From NCBI RefSeq assembly GCF_037042905.1, contig NC_087251.1:930001-994000 (forward strand): 64,000 nucleotides of DNA, given 5' to 3'. This document shows positions 38,002 through 51,478 of this stretch, one piece after another. The notes below the pieces were generated by a model. The model was not told where the DNA came from. It searched no databases and worked only from the letters and a program-made list of their open reading frames with translations. Both the position numbers and the translations under genes were made by a program. Positions within the stretch are counted from its first letter, which is position 1. The number at the start of each line of letters is the position of its first letter. The stretch comes from Lytechinus pictus (taxonomy: Eukaryota).

Positions 38002-41000
38002 TTACTTCTTGGGCTTCAAACGGAACCAGTTTTGTTTCTTAGTATTGAGTCCAGAAGACAGAGAATTCTTGTTTGATCTATGGGAGATACCATTGCTAGC
38101 GACCTGACAATCTGCCCCAGGTGGTTTCTCTTGTAGCTGATTACCTCGCTGATTGGGAAGTGAACTGATCTGCTTTTTATTACTCACTGAATTCCTTATT
38201 TCAGGTTTGGCAAGTTGTCTTGAGGAATTAGGAGTATTGTCTGTAGCATTCAGACCCTTTCTCTGTTCAGCTTCAGAGTTTCCTTTGATATCTTCAGACC
38301 TTATCTGCTTTTCACTTGTTGAATACCTATCAGGAGACTCCTTATCCAAAACAAAAGAAAAGGTTTGTGTTGGCATGTGTCTAGTAAGGGATGAGCCACT
38401 CACAAAGTAGCTCAGTGTTGAAGAATAATTTCGGTCTGTGTAGATGTGTCTATTTGCTTCAACGTATGCTTCAACTTCCTCCAGTGTGGCCAGCGTCTGT
38501 GTAGATTTCATTTGATTTTGTACTCTTTTTGACCATTTCTTTTTGAATGATGGAAGTTCTCTTTCTGGAAGGCTCATATTATATGTCTGTGTTCTGACGC
38601 TGTTCTTTGGTTCTGTTCTTCCATCCTGTGATCCTGTCACAATGATACTTGGTTCCCTGTACCATTCTCCCATTGCCTGAATATGAGCCTCAACTTCTTC
38701 CACTGGTACATCTGTTTGACATAAACAATGAGCTCTTACTGCACAAGGGAAATCACCTGTGCTAGATGGAACCGCTGAAAGGATGGGTGAAAGTTCGTGA
38801 GGATTCAACTTCTCAAGAATCGAAGGTGATTTACTAACACATCTCTTCTCCACCATTTTCTGTGGTGTTCTTGAAGGTCTTTTGGCGTCCCCTTTATCAT
38901 GCTCAATGGGTGGGTACACAGGCTTGACTTCATCTTCCAAGGAGGGTGATAATTCCAAGTTGTAAGTCTGGGTTCTCATATCACAAGTTGCTTTTATTTT
39001 TATAAGGCTTGGTCTGGGTATTACAAAACATGGTTCCAAATAGACTTTTCCTTTTGAAGTAACATAGTCCTCCACTTCCTTGACCGTTGCATATGTCTGA
39101 GTAGATGAGGTACTAGTTTCCTCTCTAACTGGTACATCTTTCTGGAGAGCCACTACACTGCATTCTAAGTCATCTGCTTTGGCAAAAGTTGACTGTGTTG
39201 TATCTGATTCAAACCTCCTCTTAGCTTTCTTAATACTTCTGTCAACTACATTCTCCAATAATTCTTCCTCACCAGGCATCTTTCTCTTCTTTGGTGTCTT
39301 TGAAGATTTGTCAAATGCATTAACAAGTTTCTTGTGTGGGCTTTCTCTCTTTCCTGAATAAGCAATTTCCATAATTTGTTTTCTAGGCCATCCCATCTTT
39401 TTCTTAATCTCAGAAGTATCACTTGGTTGTTTGCTATGACTTTCTTTCATATCAGAATCTGCGACATCCGCAACTTGTTTTCTCTGCCTTCCCATATGTT
39501 CCTTAATCTCAGAAGACCTTTGCATCTTTTCTGACTCAGCTTCCTTTCTAGGCCTTCCCATCTTTTTCTTAATCTCAGAAGTATCACTTGGTTGTTTGCT
39601 AGGACTTTCTTTTATATCAGAATCTGCGACATCCGCAACTTGTTTTCTCTGCCTTCCCATATGTTCCTTAATCTCAGAAGACCTTTGCATCTTTTCTGAC
39701 TCAGCTTCCTTTCTAGGCCTTCCCATCTTTTTCTTAATCTCAGAAGTATCACTTGGTTGTTTGCTAGGACTTTCTTTTATATCAGAATCTGCGACATCCG
39801 CAACTTGTTTTCTCTGCCTTCCCATATGTTCCTTAATCTCAGAAGACCTTTGCATCTTTTCTGACTCAGCTTCCTTTCTAGGCCTTCCCATCTTTTTCTT
39901 AATCTCAGAAGTATCACTTGGTTGTTTGCTAGGACTTTCTTTTACATCAGAATCTGCGACATCCACAACTTGTTTTCTATGCCTTCCCATATGTTCCTTA
40001 ATCTCAGTAGACCTTTGCATCTTTTCTGACTCAGCTTCCTTTCTAGGCCTTCCCATCTTTTTCTTAATCTCAGAAGTATCACTTGGTTGTTTGCTAGGAC
40101 TTTCTTTTATATCAGAATCTGCGACATCCACAACTTGTTTTCTATGCCTTCCCATATGTTCCTTAATCTCAGTAGACCTTTGCATCTTTTCTGACTCAGC
40201 TTCCTTTCTAGGCCTTCCTATCTTTTTCTTAATCTCAGAAGTATCACTTGGTTGTTTGCTAGGACTTTCTTTTATATCAGAATCTGCGACATCCGCAACT
40301 TGTTTTCTCTGCCTTCCCATATTTTCCTTAATCTCAGAAGACCTTTGCATCTTTTCTGACTCAGCTTCCTTTCTAGGCCTTCCTATCTTTTTCTTAATCT
40401 CAGAAGTATCACTTGGTTGTTTGCTAGGACTTTCTTTTATATCAGAATCTGCGACATCCGCAACTTGTTTTCTCTGCCTTCCCATATTTTCCTTAATCTC
40501 AGAAGACTCAGCTTCCTTTCTAGGTCTTCCAATATTTTTAGCTGTATGTTCCTGACTTTGATTATTTGCCTTACTTGTTGCAATAAGATGCAGTCTCAAA
40601 GTAGTGGATTCCTTTGAACATGATAATGGGCTGTCAACTTTCCCATCTTCTTTACTTCTTTTAACACTTGAGCAAACTCTAGGCTTCCACACCTTGTTCA
40701 TGCTTTCAGGAGAGATTTGAAAATCAATATCTTGTGTACTCTTTCGCTGTTTAGAATCACTTCTGGAGATTGAATGTGCTTTTTCACCATCTGATTTTCT
40801 GTTGATGGCAGGATGTGACTTTTTCCCAAACACAGGTGAGGGTTCCTGACATTCATCAGGTTCGATTAATGTTTCATGGGTAATGGCATTGTTTGATGTA
40901 GTTTTCCAGGGACTCCGCATGTGTGAACAGCAGTACTTCTTCTTGCGTAAATCTTTTGATAGATTTAGCCCCATGGTATCCATTGAAGAGCCAATATCTG

Positions 41001-44000
41001 TCTTTCCTTGGGCCAATGTTGGACTTTGCGATGAGTGGGTAGGCTTTGGTTCCTTTCTGGTGCTTCTACTCATTCTTTCTTCAGAATTTAAGAGAATCTG
41101 GACATCATCTTTTGCTTCTTTCCACACATCATCTCCTGTCCACAATTTCAAGAGTTCAGTTTTAGTTCTTCTATATTTTGAAGATTGAACTGATTTTTTT
41201 AGTTCCTCTTTCAACAAACTTCTGCACATCTTTCCTGTTTGAGACTCTGCTTCTGAACTTGTGAATGCAGTCTGGTTATCACCTGAATCCATTACACCTT
41301 CAGCCGCTGCTGAATTTTGTGGAGTGGTTATGTAGTCTGTCTGTCCTCTATCAGATTTTTCTTTCTTTTTAATTCCCTTTTCCTTTTCCCGTGTCAATTG
41401 AGGAAATTCTCTCTGATTTTTTAACTGCCGATTGTTTTTCTGTGGCATGATTTTTCCATCACTCATTTCAGGCAATTTTGCAAGTTCTCTATTGAATAAC
41501 TCGCCTTCACTGCTGGGAGCAGGCTCTATGTTGGGAGTTACACACATCACATTGTATGTCTGCGTATATCTACTCCTTAGTTTTCCATCTTGGATGAGTG
41601 TAGAAGACAGATTACCTGGTTCTCTGTAATGCTGGCCCATGGAAGCAAGATAGGCTTCAGTTTCATTTATACTAGCAGTTGTTTGTGATGATCGATCAAT
41701 CAGCTGCACATGTCTCCCTACATCTTGCAAACTTAAGTTACTCTTACTGTCAGCTGACTTGGTAGAAGTTTTGCCAGTGTTTAAAACAATATTAGACCTC
41801 TTGTGGATTTTACCAGGGCTTTCATTAACTTTAGTATCATCCTCTAGTTCTTCCTCTGTTAACAATGATACATCAAGCTGGGCATCTTTCTCATTTCTAT
41901 GTACACCACTGGCAGTTTTATCAGGAAATTCCCTATCACCATGCTCACTCTTGCCTCTACTGCTCTCAGACATTACATCATTATCTATAGCAAAGATTTT
42001 GAGTAAGCTTTTCCTTGACTTTCCCTTTTGACAAGCTTCCTCTGTACCAATATTACATGCAATGTCAATTCCTGTTACACTGATTTCCATCTTTTTGGAG
42101 GAATGAGGTGAAATATCATTGCAAGTTGGCTTCTCCATTTGTGAATTTCCATTTCTAGATCCTGCCATTAAACCACTCAATGCCTGGTTTTGCCTCCCTG
42201 ACCTTTTAGAAGAATTTTCAATTGATGGCCTTGTATGTTTTGGTGAGCATCGATCGAGAACTGTCTCTGCTGAAATGAGCTTGGTAGATGGCATTCGATC
42301 CTTGATTATGCAAGGGGATATGGTCTGCTTTCCAACTTTATTTGGAGAGAAACTGATACCCTTGAGACCATGTTTCTGTGCTTTGTTACGTGTCATTCTG
42401 GCATCTTCCTCAAGCAACTTGGACATATCATCTCTGAATTCCTTCCAGGTTTGATCATCCTTCCAAGCAGTCAGAATTCCCAAGGAATTTCTCTTATGCC
42501 TCTTTACACTGGATGATCCTCTACGATTCACATTCATTTCACCTGTTTCTTTGATTTCATTAATGGATGCAACAGATGATTCTGCTTCATGATCTAATAC
42601 TGCTTCACCAGAATCCTTGTTTCCTGTTGCACATGCACCATCTTCATCATGTTTTGGGTCTAATTTGTTACTCTTCTTTGAGGAAGTCAGCCCAGAATCA
42701 CATGGCATTTCAATGCCTGTGGTATCAAGGATTGTTATTGGGGTGGATTTTGCCCTCGCATCTTTGTTTATGACACTTCTTGTTGTCCTCCCATCAACTT
42801 GAATAAGGCTGACCAGATCACCTTTTGCTTCTTTCCATGTAATATCATCCTTCCATGAAGTAAGAGCATGTAGCTCTTTGGATCCCTCTGCTGAAACTGT
42901 CAAATTTGTTGGCTTGTCTGGTTCCTGTGGTTTATTACTCTGCTTGTTGCAGGAAATTGGATGGGAATTCTTAGCAGGAGCATCACTGGCTGATATTTTC
43001 TGCTTGACCATATACTTCGGATTTGTTGATCCTTTTGATTTTTTCCATTTGCCAGTAAATGAATCGCGTTTCGGGGTGCGATATCTATGACATGATTGAT
43101 GTAGGGGAGAAGGTGAATGAAGGGTAAGTTTCTGTTTTTTAGGCGATGGAGAGCATAGTGCTGTATCATCTGCCAACTTTATTCCATCTTTTTTCAAAAC
43201 ACTCCTTGTTGCTCTCCCATCAATCTGAAATAGATGATCAAGATCACGCTTTGCTTCTTTCCAAGATGTGTCATTCTTCCAAGATGTCAAATCTTTCACC
43301 AAATTGCTTTGCACATGCCGTAGGCCTTCGATAGATAATGCAACAACAGGGGTTTCACTCTCCTCTGACAAATTAACAGCAGCCCTAGCAGGTTCAGAAT
43401 TACCATGAGAGTCAACCTTGGGAGATGCTAAGCTTTGAATATTAGATATCCTTTGGGGGTAAACAATTGGTTTATGATTGATATCAGGACAGCTTGCATT
43501 GATCTCGTTTTCTTTTCTCTTAGCTGGCGTTGACCCATCTTTCTTCAATCCATTCCTTGTTGCTCTACCATCAACCTGTGAGAGTAAGGAAAGATCTTGC
43601 TTAGCCTCTTTCCAGGTTGAATCATCCTTCCATGATGTCAGATCATTCAGCAAACTTTCACCTTTTTTTCTTTTTTGTCGTGTAGAGTTTGATGGATTTA
43701 TTTGTGATTCTACTTCCTGTGAATGAGAAATTGGTATTTTCATTTGATCAACATCTGCATCATCTTCATTGGACAACGTGCTCTCAGCATTGCATGATTT
43801 ACCGGAAAGTGGTAATTTCTGAGCAATCTCCTCTCTGCTCAAACCACCAGCTTTTCTTTCCTCTCCTATAGTTTTAGAAGGTGTTTTCCCAACATTCTTC
43901 AAAGCACTTCTTGTAGCCCTACCCTCAACCTGAAATAACTGAACAAGATCCTGCTTGGCTTCTTTCCATGTTGTGTCATCTTTCCAGGACGTTAAAGAAT

Positions 44001-45680
44001 GAAGCAAGTTCTTAGTTTTGACTGGAATACCTTCCGTGTCTACAGGAACTATTTGTTCCTTAATCTCTTTAGAGAGCGGTAAAGGAGAGTTAGATTTTTG
44101 GAGAGAGGAGGCATGACCATTGTTGTTCTTGGTATCACATTGTTTATTCGGAAGAGGTAATTTCTGAGCATTGTCTTCTGTGCTCAAAGCACTGGCTTTT
44201 CTTTCCTCTCCTGTAGATTTAGAAGGTGTTTTCCCAACATTCTTCAAAGCACTTCTTGTAGCCCTACCGTCAACCTGAAATAACTGAACAAGATCCTGCT
44301 TGGCTTCTTTCCATGTTGTATCATCTTTCCAGGACGTTAGAGAATGAAGGAAGTTTTTAGTTTTGACTGGAATACCTTCCGTGTCTACAGGAACTATTTG
44401 TTCCTTAATCTCTTTAGAGAGCGGTAAAGGAGAGATAGATTTTTGGAGAGAGGAGGCATGACCATTGTTGTTCTTCGTATCATAATGTTTATTCGGAAGA
44501 GGTAATTGCTGAGCATTGTCTTCTCTGCTCAAACCACTGGCTTTTCTTTCCTCTCCTGTAGATTTAGATGGTGTTTTTTCAACGTTCTTCAAAGCACTTC
44601 TTGTAGCCCTACCGTCAACCTGAAATAACTGAACAAGATCCTGTTTGGCTTCTTTCCATGTTGTATCATCTTTCCAGGACGTTAGAGAATGAAGCATGTT
44701 TTTAGTTTTGACTGGAATGTTTTCAGTGTCTACAGGAACTATCTGTTCCTTGATCTCTTTTGAGAGAGGTACAGGAGAACTGGATTCTGGAGAATCTAAG
44801 CAGGAGGAAGATTCAAGTAAAGCATTTGAGTCCAGCAGCTTCTCTGATTGGGTTGAATTATGAAAGCCATTGCTGTCATTCAAGGATGCTTGCGTTTCCT
44901 GGCTTTCTCCTGAACTAGCTGATGCTTTAGATGGTGACCTCCTCCTCCACAGGAAAGATCCAACTGAATCCAGGATTCTGCTACCCCAGCTCAACTTCAC
45001 AGATGACTGGTTGCTAGTATAATGATTAACGTTAGTTTGTGTTGACATATTTCCAGAAGCAGATTGAAGGATATCACCCTTTTCACTCAACAATGATGAT
45101 TCTTGTGCTCCAGTCTCACCTGCAAGGCTACAAGAATTAAGATCTAATTTCCTGGCCTTCTTGTATTTCAATTTATTACTAGTCTTGCTATTCTTGCTCT
45201 TCTTGGATGAGCTGGCAGCTGGAGATAGAGATGGCATGCTGAGATTAGGAAGATTTATGTTTTGAGATGGGGGTTCCAGGGTCACGTAGCAATCTAACTG
45301 TGGAAGCAGTTCCCTGCACTTGGTAACGGATAATTCTCGGGAACTGCCATGCCCAGAATTTCCCCACTCATATGTTGGTGACAATGACACTCTAGGAAAC
45401 TTCATAGTTTGAAAGGGTGTAGATTTTGGAGAACTTGAAAGAGAAGATTGTTGAGTAGACACAGGTGATAAAGGTGGAATGATTGGGGTACTGCTCTGTT
45501 TCATCTTCTTTACAGGTCTGGGTGTTGTTGGGGGAGGACGTGGACGCTTCCCTTGGGACCTAATGGCTGATCTTGCTCGAGTGCCACTCTGACCTGGGGT
45601 TCTATTCTGCTGTGTTCCAAGGGAAGATGATGATTTTGAAGTATCATATCCTTCATTGGCAGCATTTTGCTCCATAAAAC
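38002..45680 (-). CDS. G2E3/PHF7-like gene, giant terminal coding exon (~2,559 aa, repeat-rich, largely low-complexity)
   Basis: Uninterrupted ORF. Acceptor tttatttcag at 45681-45690 gives GT-TTT-ATG, completing the phase-1 Gly codon from exon 49556-49677. Stop TAA at 38002. Confidence 0.88.
39380..40535 (-). repeat. Coding tandem repeat, 165 bp / 55 aa, ~7 copies, GRPRK AT-hook-like motifs
   Basis: ACTTGGTTGTTTGCT recurs at 39421, 39586, 39751, 39916, 40081, 40246 and 40411. Confidence 0.95.
43800..44780 (-). repeat. Coding tandem repeat, 345 bp / 115 aa, ~3 copies
   Basis: TTTCCAGGACGTT at 43981, 44326 and 44671. Confidence 0.95.
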
Positions 45681-47426
45681 CTGAAATAAATATAAAGCAT
45701 AAATAAGTTCAAATAAATGATTCAATAACTCATTCTTATCTATTGGCATTAAATACATTTCTTTGCAAGAATATGATATTCTAGTCCCACATGTAGACAT
45801 CCAGGTGCAGTAGAAGGCCCTAATTTGCATCTCATTAACGCCCCTAGTACTTTAGATTCTCAAAGAATTTCTCATACACATCGACACCTGGCAGATCCAA
45901 GTAAGAATCTTGTCTGTCTTATTGTGCACTTCGGTGGCCTTTCATGTGCTGAAATTTTCATGAAACAGAATGTAATAAGAAATATTACATTACATTTTAT
46001 GAGATTTTATATTTCAAACAAGGCTCACCCCTCAATTATTTGATGACACAACAGTAGCGCAAATCTCATGCTTATGGAAAGCATATATACATATTCATGA
46101 TCTGGTGACAGTGTTCGCTTGCTGGTCTTTAATTTTGAGAGAAAATCATATAGGCCTTGTATAGGTCTTTATAACACAAATGAGACTCAACGTAGAGCGA
46201 GAAATTACATCAAATTATGTCATGCAACGGTGAATGCTCTGCTTGCAATCTCGAAACATACTCAAATTATGTTTCAAACATGTAGGACCGTAGCAAGGAT
46301 TTAAGCAATACATGATATACGTGAGGATCAATTTCGACGTTGATTTTGGAGTGTGTTTTTTTATTGACATAACCATGATAAAAAGGTGAATCTTAGGTGA
46401 GTTTTAAATTGGAATTGTTTCATTTTGGATGTAAATAATTGGACTAGTGTATGGTTTATAAATTTATTACTACCTTTATTTTGTAAGTTTCCATACCAAT
46501 AATAATAGTAATGATGGAGATTTTGGCTTCAAAATTAGTTAATTTTATACACTATTTGGCTTCAAGTGTTTATGCAAATCACGTGCGCCCAGCAATGATC
46601 GTGAGGAAGGTAATTGGGGTATAGGCCTGCATTCATGTCAGTAAATTGAGCTTGACATCAACTGAAATGGATCTTTCAGTGTAAAAAATGAAGGGATTAT
46701 TTCTTACTTTCTTGATAGTTTCCAATTAAAACAAAATAATTTCAAGCAAATATGGAAAATAAGTACTTCATATATGTAAAGATGTGAAATTTCAGAAACC
46801 TATGGGGAAGGTTTTTTCTTTTGTCCCCCTGCCAGTTAACCCTAACTGCCCGTTTTCAAATGGCGTTTAAATGTTTTTCAAAATTAATATGACTCAGGCC
46901 TGCTTTCTAATCATGTTTAATTGTCATCATACCATACTAGATATACAATGGGTATAAAACAAATGTTTAAAAAATGTTATAAAAATGAAATACCCTGAAG
47001 CCTCTCCCACATCTAAATATAGGTACAAGCCTTCTTAAGCAAATGGCAATAATTATGACTGTTGAATAAGGTATTCACTTCAGTCAGCATCACTTACTTT
47101 ATAATATCATGAAAAATAACTTGCACATGAAAGTGGAGATTGATTTGATGTTTTTCCTTTCTAACTTTTTTCCTTGCCCGACAACCCCCCCCCCCCCTTG
47201 AATGCCACGACCACCGCGAGATCTGTTTTACATGCAGCCATGAACAGAGTAAAATAATATTTTTTAATCGCTTTTATTCCTTGAGGTTATGCTTGAGAGA
47301 GTGTATAGAACTACACAAAACAAAATGAAGTCAAATTTTGCAGAAAAGTAGATCAAAATCTGTGAAAGATATGACGGCATGGTATAAGAACGGGGTGACT
47401 TATTAGAATTCCTTTTTTTTCATCCC

Positions 47427-47902
47427 TTAAAGGTCAAGTCCACCCCAGAAAAATGATGATTTTAATAAATAGAGAAAAATCAAACTAGCAAAACACTAAA
47501 AATTTCATAAAAATCGGATGTAAAATAAGAAAGTTATGACATTTTAAATTTTCGCATATTTTTCACGAAACAGTTATATGCACATCTCAGTGACATGCAA
47601 ATGAGACAGCCGATGATGTCCATCACTCACTTTTTCTTTTGTTTTTTATTGTTTGAATTATACAATATTTCATTTTTTACAACAAGAACCAACTTGACTG
47701 ATCCATACAGTATTAAAACAATGCTAATTCCACATGTTCAGGGAGGAATTAATCTTTGTTTCACTTGACACTGAGAAAATTAGAATATTTCATATAATAA
47801 AATACAAAAGAAAAAATGAGTGGATGACATCATCAGTCTCATTTGCAAACCGACCAGGATGTGCATATAACTGTTTTGTGAAATTAAGCAAAACTTTAAA
47901 TG
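47427..47902. mobile_element. MITE family A, right-truncated copy
   Basis: TTAAAGGTCAAGTCCACCCCAG start; similarity ends at ~47900. Confidence 0.75.
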
Positions 47903-49555
47903 TTTACCTCGAATTTCATAGTTCATTTCGATAGCCGAGTTGTTCCAACAAGTTACAATAGATCTGATTTGTTCTTTAAACTATTATTATTTCCTAAATT
48001 ATGAGAAATGTTCAGCACAGTAAGCTTGTTTAATCACCCTCTTATCTGATACAGCACTATTGTGACAGACAATATCTGTCAGCTTTATAGAAGAAGGCAG
48101 TGTTCAATAAGTATTATATTCTGTCAATATTTTATTCAACCACACCCCCCCCCCCCCCGAGATCTCAGCTGCCGATCCCATGAGCATTGTGAAAATTGGC
48201 ATGATAATAGTGTGGGGTGTGTTCTACAAGGCTGTATGGTTATTTTTTCCAAAATAACAAGGTTTTTTAAATACAAATTAATTATGCTAAATTATGCACA
48301 AAACATACTTTTTGCTCTAATTCACTAACTCCTAGAATGCTAATTATTGGTGTTACTAACCTTTATACCATTGCTAACAAGTATAAATGAAAACAATTCT
48401 GGTTTGAAAATAAATTTCTTATGCATTTGGGGAATTTCTTTTGTTTTTCTTTTTTTTTGCCAAATTTATAGAAGAACCTTTTTGAAGCATAATTATGCTA
48501 GAATCAATTAATTTTGGCTGACGTCAGTAAAAATAATCATATCTTTATGAATAAGATGAGAAAACACAATTCACATTGACTCTGTACACAGAATCACGTG
48601 TTGGAGCAATTTTGGGTCTGACATGCACTTATGTAATGTTGCGTAACTTTTCAACCGCATACCCAGGTCATAAATTTGGTCTAAAAAATGCGCGAGACTT
48701 CAAAGTAAAAAGTCAGCAAGTGGCGCGGTCGAAAAATTTCACGCAGCGGAATTGTCGCGGAAATTGTTGAGGGGGCGTTGATTCAACCCCCCCCCCCCCC
48801 CAGCGGCTTTAGGGTTAAAGTGTAAATACTTCATTGATATGCACCGCAGATTAAGAATGTTTTAATATAATTTTCTTGACCAATCACTATGGGAATTTAG
48901 ACTAAAAACCTGAGTATGCCAAAAATTACTGACACACAAAAGCACAATTGGGCAACTCTAGTATGATTGCTTGAAAAAGACCCATCAACCAGATAGGTCT
49001 ACCATGCATATTTTACAGGACAATTACCCATTTGGGCAATTCAATAAAATATCAACATCCAGCCCCCTCCCCCTCCCCCCATCAGTGGGTTCATCGAGAG
49101 CCCTGTCTAACAAAGAGTTACGATTGATCCGATCAATCTCAAATATTTGTCAAGAAAACAGTGAACGTATGAATATAAATTATTTCTAGAAAACAGTTTG
49201 AACAAACATATATGTTAGATGTTGATGGCTTTCCATAGTTGTGATTGATCAGATCAAGCGCAACTCTTTCTAAGTGGGGACCTTGATTTCACTTGTTTCC
49301 CAATCTGGCTCGTATGTAAAGTTCTCATGCTGTGAGATTATCAGAGTAAATTATTATGTCATGTAAGAAATAGGTAATAAAATAAAATAAGTTAAAATAT
49401 GGAGGGGGGTGGAAATACATAAAGGTTGTTTATTTCATGGAATTGCCCACTCACTTACTACTGGAATATGACAAACATTTTTCATTTATGCATACAAACA
49501 CCTGAGAGGTCAAATGGACGTTACTATAACTGGATTTTTGTAGTTGTAGACATAC

Positions 49556-49677
49556 CTCTGGTGAAAGTTGAAGTACAATCTTTACATGCCCAGTCATCTA
49601 AAGCACTTAGTAATCCACCACAAGACACATGACACCCAGCTGAACCGCATAGATCACATAGTACAATTTCCCATTGA
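49556..49677 (-). CDS. G2E3/PHF7-like exon: third zinc finger (PHD)
   Basis: QWEIVLCDLCGSAGCHVSCGGLLSALDDWACKDC; ctcag/gtatgt; phase 2 to 1. Confidence 0.92.
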
Positions 49678-49980
49678 CTGAGATGGAAAAAAAATCAAAT
49701 TGAAAACAAAAAATATCATGAGGAATACATCAACTGAGTGATATAATATTCTTTGGTTTTCTGGATCATGTTTAAGAACTCCCAGTCAAATGGCAGTCCC
49801 TTTACTGTGCATAGTACAACATACATGAAATGCACTCTGTCATTACGTCAGTACTCTTGGTTTAAAGGTAAAGGGGTGTACCAGTAGTATATTTGTTTCG
49901 TTTATATCCTCTGACACAGAGTATTGTATTTTATTACATCTAAATCAGATTAAAACCATAGTGTATGAAAGACAACCTAC

Positions 49981-50097
49981 CCTGATTGTGTAGAATACTT
50001 TCTGCCTTTTGGACATCTACATTTACTGACATCACATTGGTTGTGTCTCTCATAGAGTTCTTGGTATGCTGAACTTCCAAATTCCCAATCAGCATCC
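49981..50097 (-). CDS. G2E3/PHF7-like exon
   Basis: DADWEFGSSAYQELYERHNQCDVSKCRCPKGRKYS, matching the family motif DAxWE...AYQEL...CD...CxC; ccag/gtaggt. Confidence 0.92.
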
Positions 50098-50649
50098 CTG
50101 GAAAACAAACAAAGACTATCAATTATATATCATTTGAAAAGGGTCATATTCTAATAGTACTTTTGTCTATTTAACAGATAGGATCTCAAATATTAAAAAA
50201 CATGCATTGTAGCAAATTCACTTCATGCAAAAAAGAAAATGAGGAAATCCAGATGTCCACAGCTCAATTCTTGATTTAAGGTTTAAAAGTCACATACTGA
50301 TTTAAGAGAAGCAGTTAATGGTAAACTTTTGTTAAAATCAAAGAATTTGGAAAGAAAATTACATGCTTATACCATTTTAATGGCAAAAGGATTTAATTTG
50401 TAAGTAAATGTCCATGTTGTACACTAACTAGACTAGGGTAATAATATGCAGAACTTACAAACATTATTATTATTATTATTCAGTTGGAACATGAAAATCA
50501 ATGTGCATTTTCCTGTTCCTGGCATCCATTTATAAGAATGCTGCATTCCATCTGATAAAACCTTTATTAAAAAATAGAAAGAATATTTCTGATTTGACAA
50601 AGTCCTAAAAACTCATTAATGTATTGATAGAATACATCAATTTCCTTAC

Positions 50650-50753
50650 TTTTCTGGTAGGTAGATACCAAATTTCTTCATTTCGTCTTGAAACTCATTC
50701 TCATTGTTACAGATGGCACATCGGAAGAAGTAACCAGCACTCAAAGCTTGCAT
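50650..50753 (-). CDS. G2E3/PHF7-like exon: end of RING
   Basis: [34 protein letters not shown](K); ttcag/gtaagg. Confidence 0.92.
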
Positions 50754-51478
50754 CTGAAGACACATATGAAACAATTACTGGTAGTTTTTTTTATGTCTTT
50801 ACTATCATCCAATTTTGATAAAAACCTACCAGAGCCCCATTGCATAAAAGATACTATTATATTAACTTTGCATTCCAATGATAACTACCATGGTAATGAT
50901 GATCCACAGGCAATCAAAATCAAGGATTCCATGCAAGTTACCATTGCATGGCACAGTTACATAACTTTTATGCAATGGGGCCCAGAAAGGGTTTTTTTTT
51001 TTTGGAGGGGGGTGTTAATTCCTCTTGAAATCCAATTCAAAGAGCTTCATTAAAATCATAAAAAGATATTTGAACAATCTTGGTCAGATTTGACACTCAT
51101 GACCCTTTCCATTAGAACCTGATGAGTAGGATGTCTACCCATTCCAACCTACTGCCATTCATTTATTACAACATGTAGTACTAATGATGTCTGAAAAATA
51201 AAGACTCATTTACAATATCAATCATGACATGTACTACATCCTCATCCCAAAGTCATTGAAGTTTTAATGATAGAATATTTTGATAGAACACTATACCAGA
51301 TATGGTGAGTCTGGTGACTCATTGGTGGAGCACCTACTTCATTTATGGTAGATCCTGATCACTAGTAATGTCATAACAAAGACCTTCTTGTCAGGAGATC
51401 AGCATACAAAAATGGGTAAATGTATGTTATGTAGGGCTCACTGGAAAGTTGGTATCATAGCTAAAGTATCTACAATAG

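Noticed and set aside
39596..40555. 319-aa hydrophobic plus-strand ORF
   Set aside because: Antisense shadow of the 165-bp coding repeat.
45673..45675. ATG as start of a stand-alone 2557-aa gene
   Set aside because: A phase-compatible acceptor lies 5 nt upstream and the preceding zinc-finger exon has no stop before its donor.
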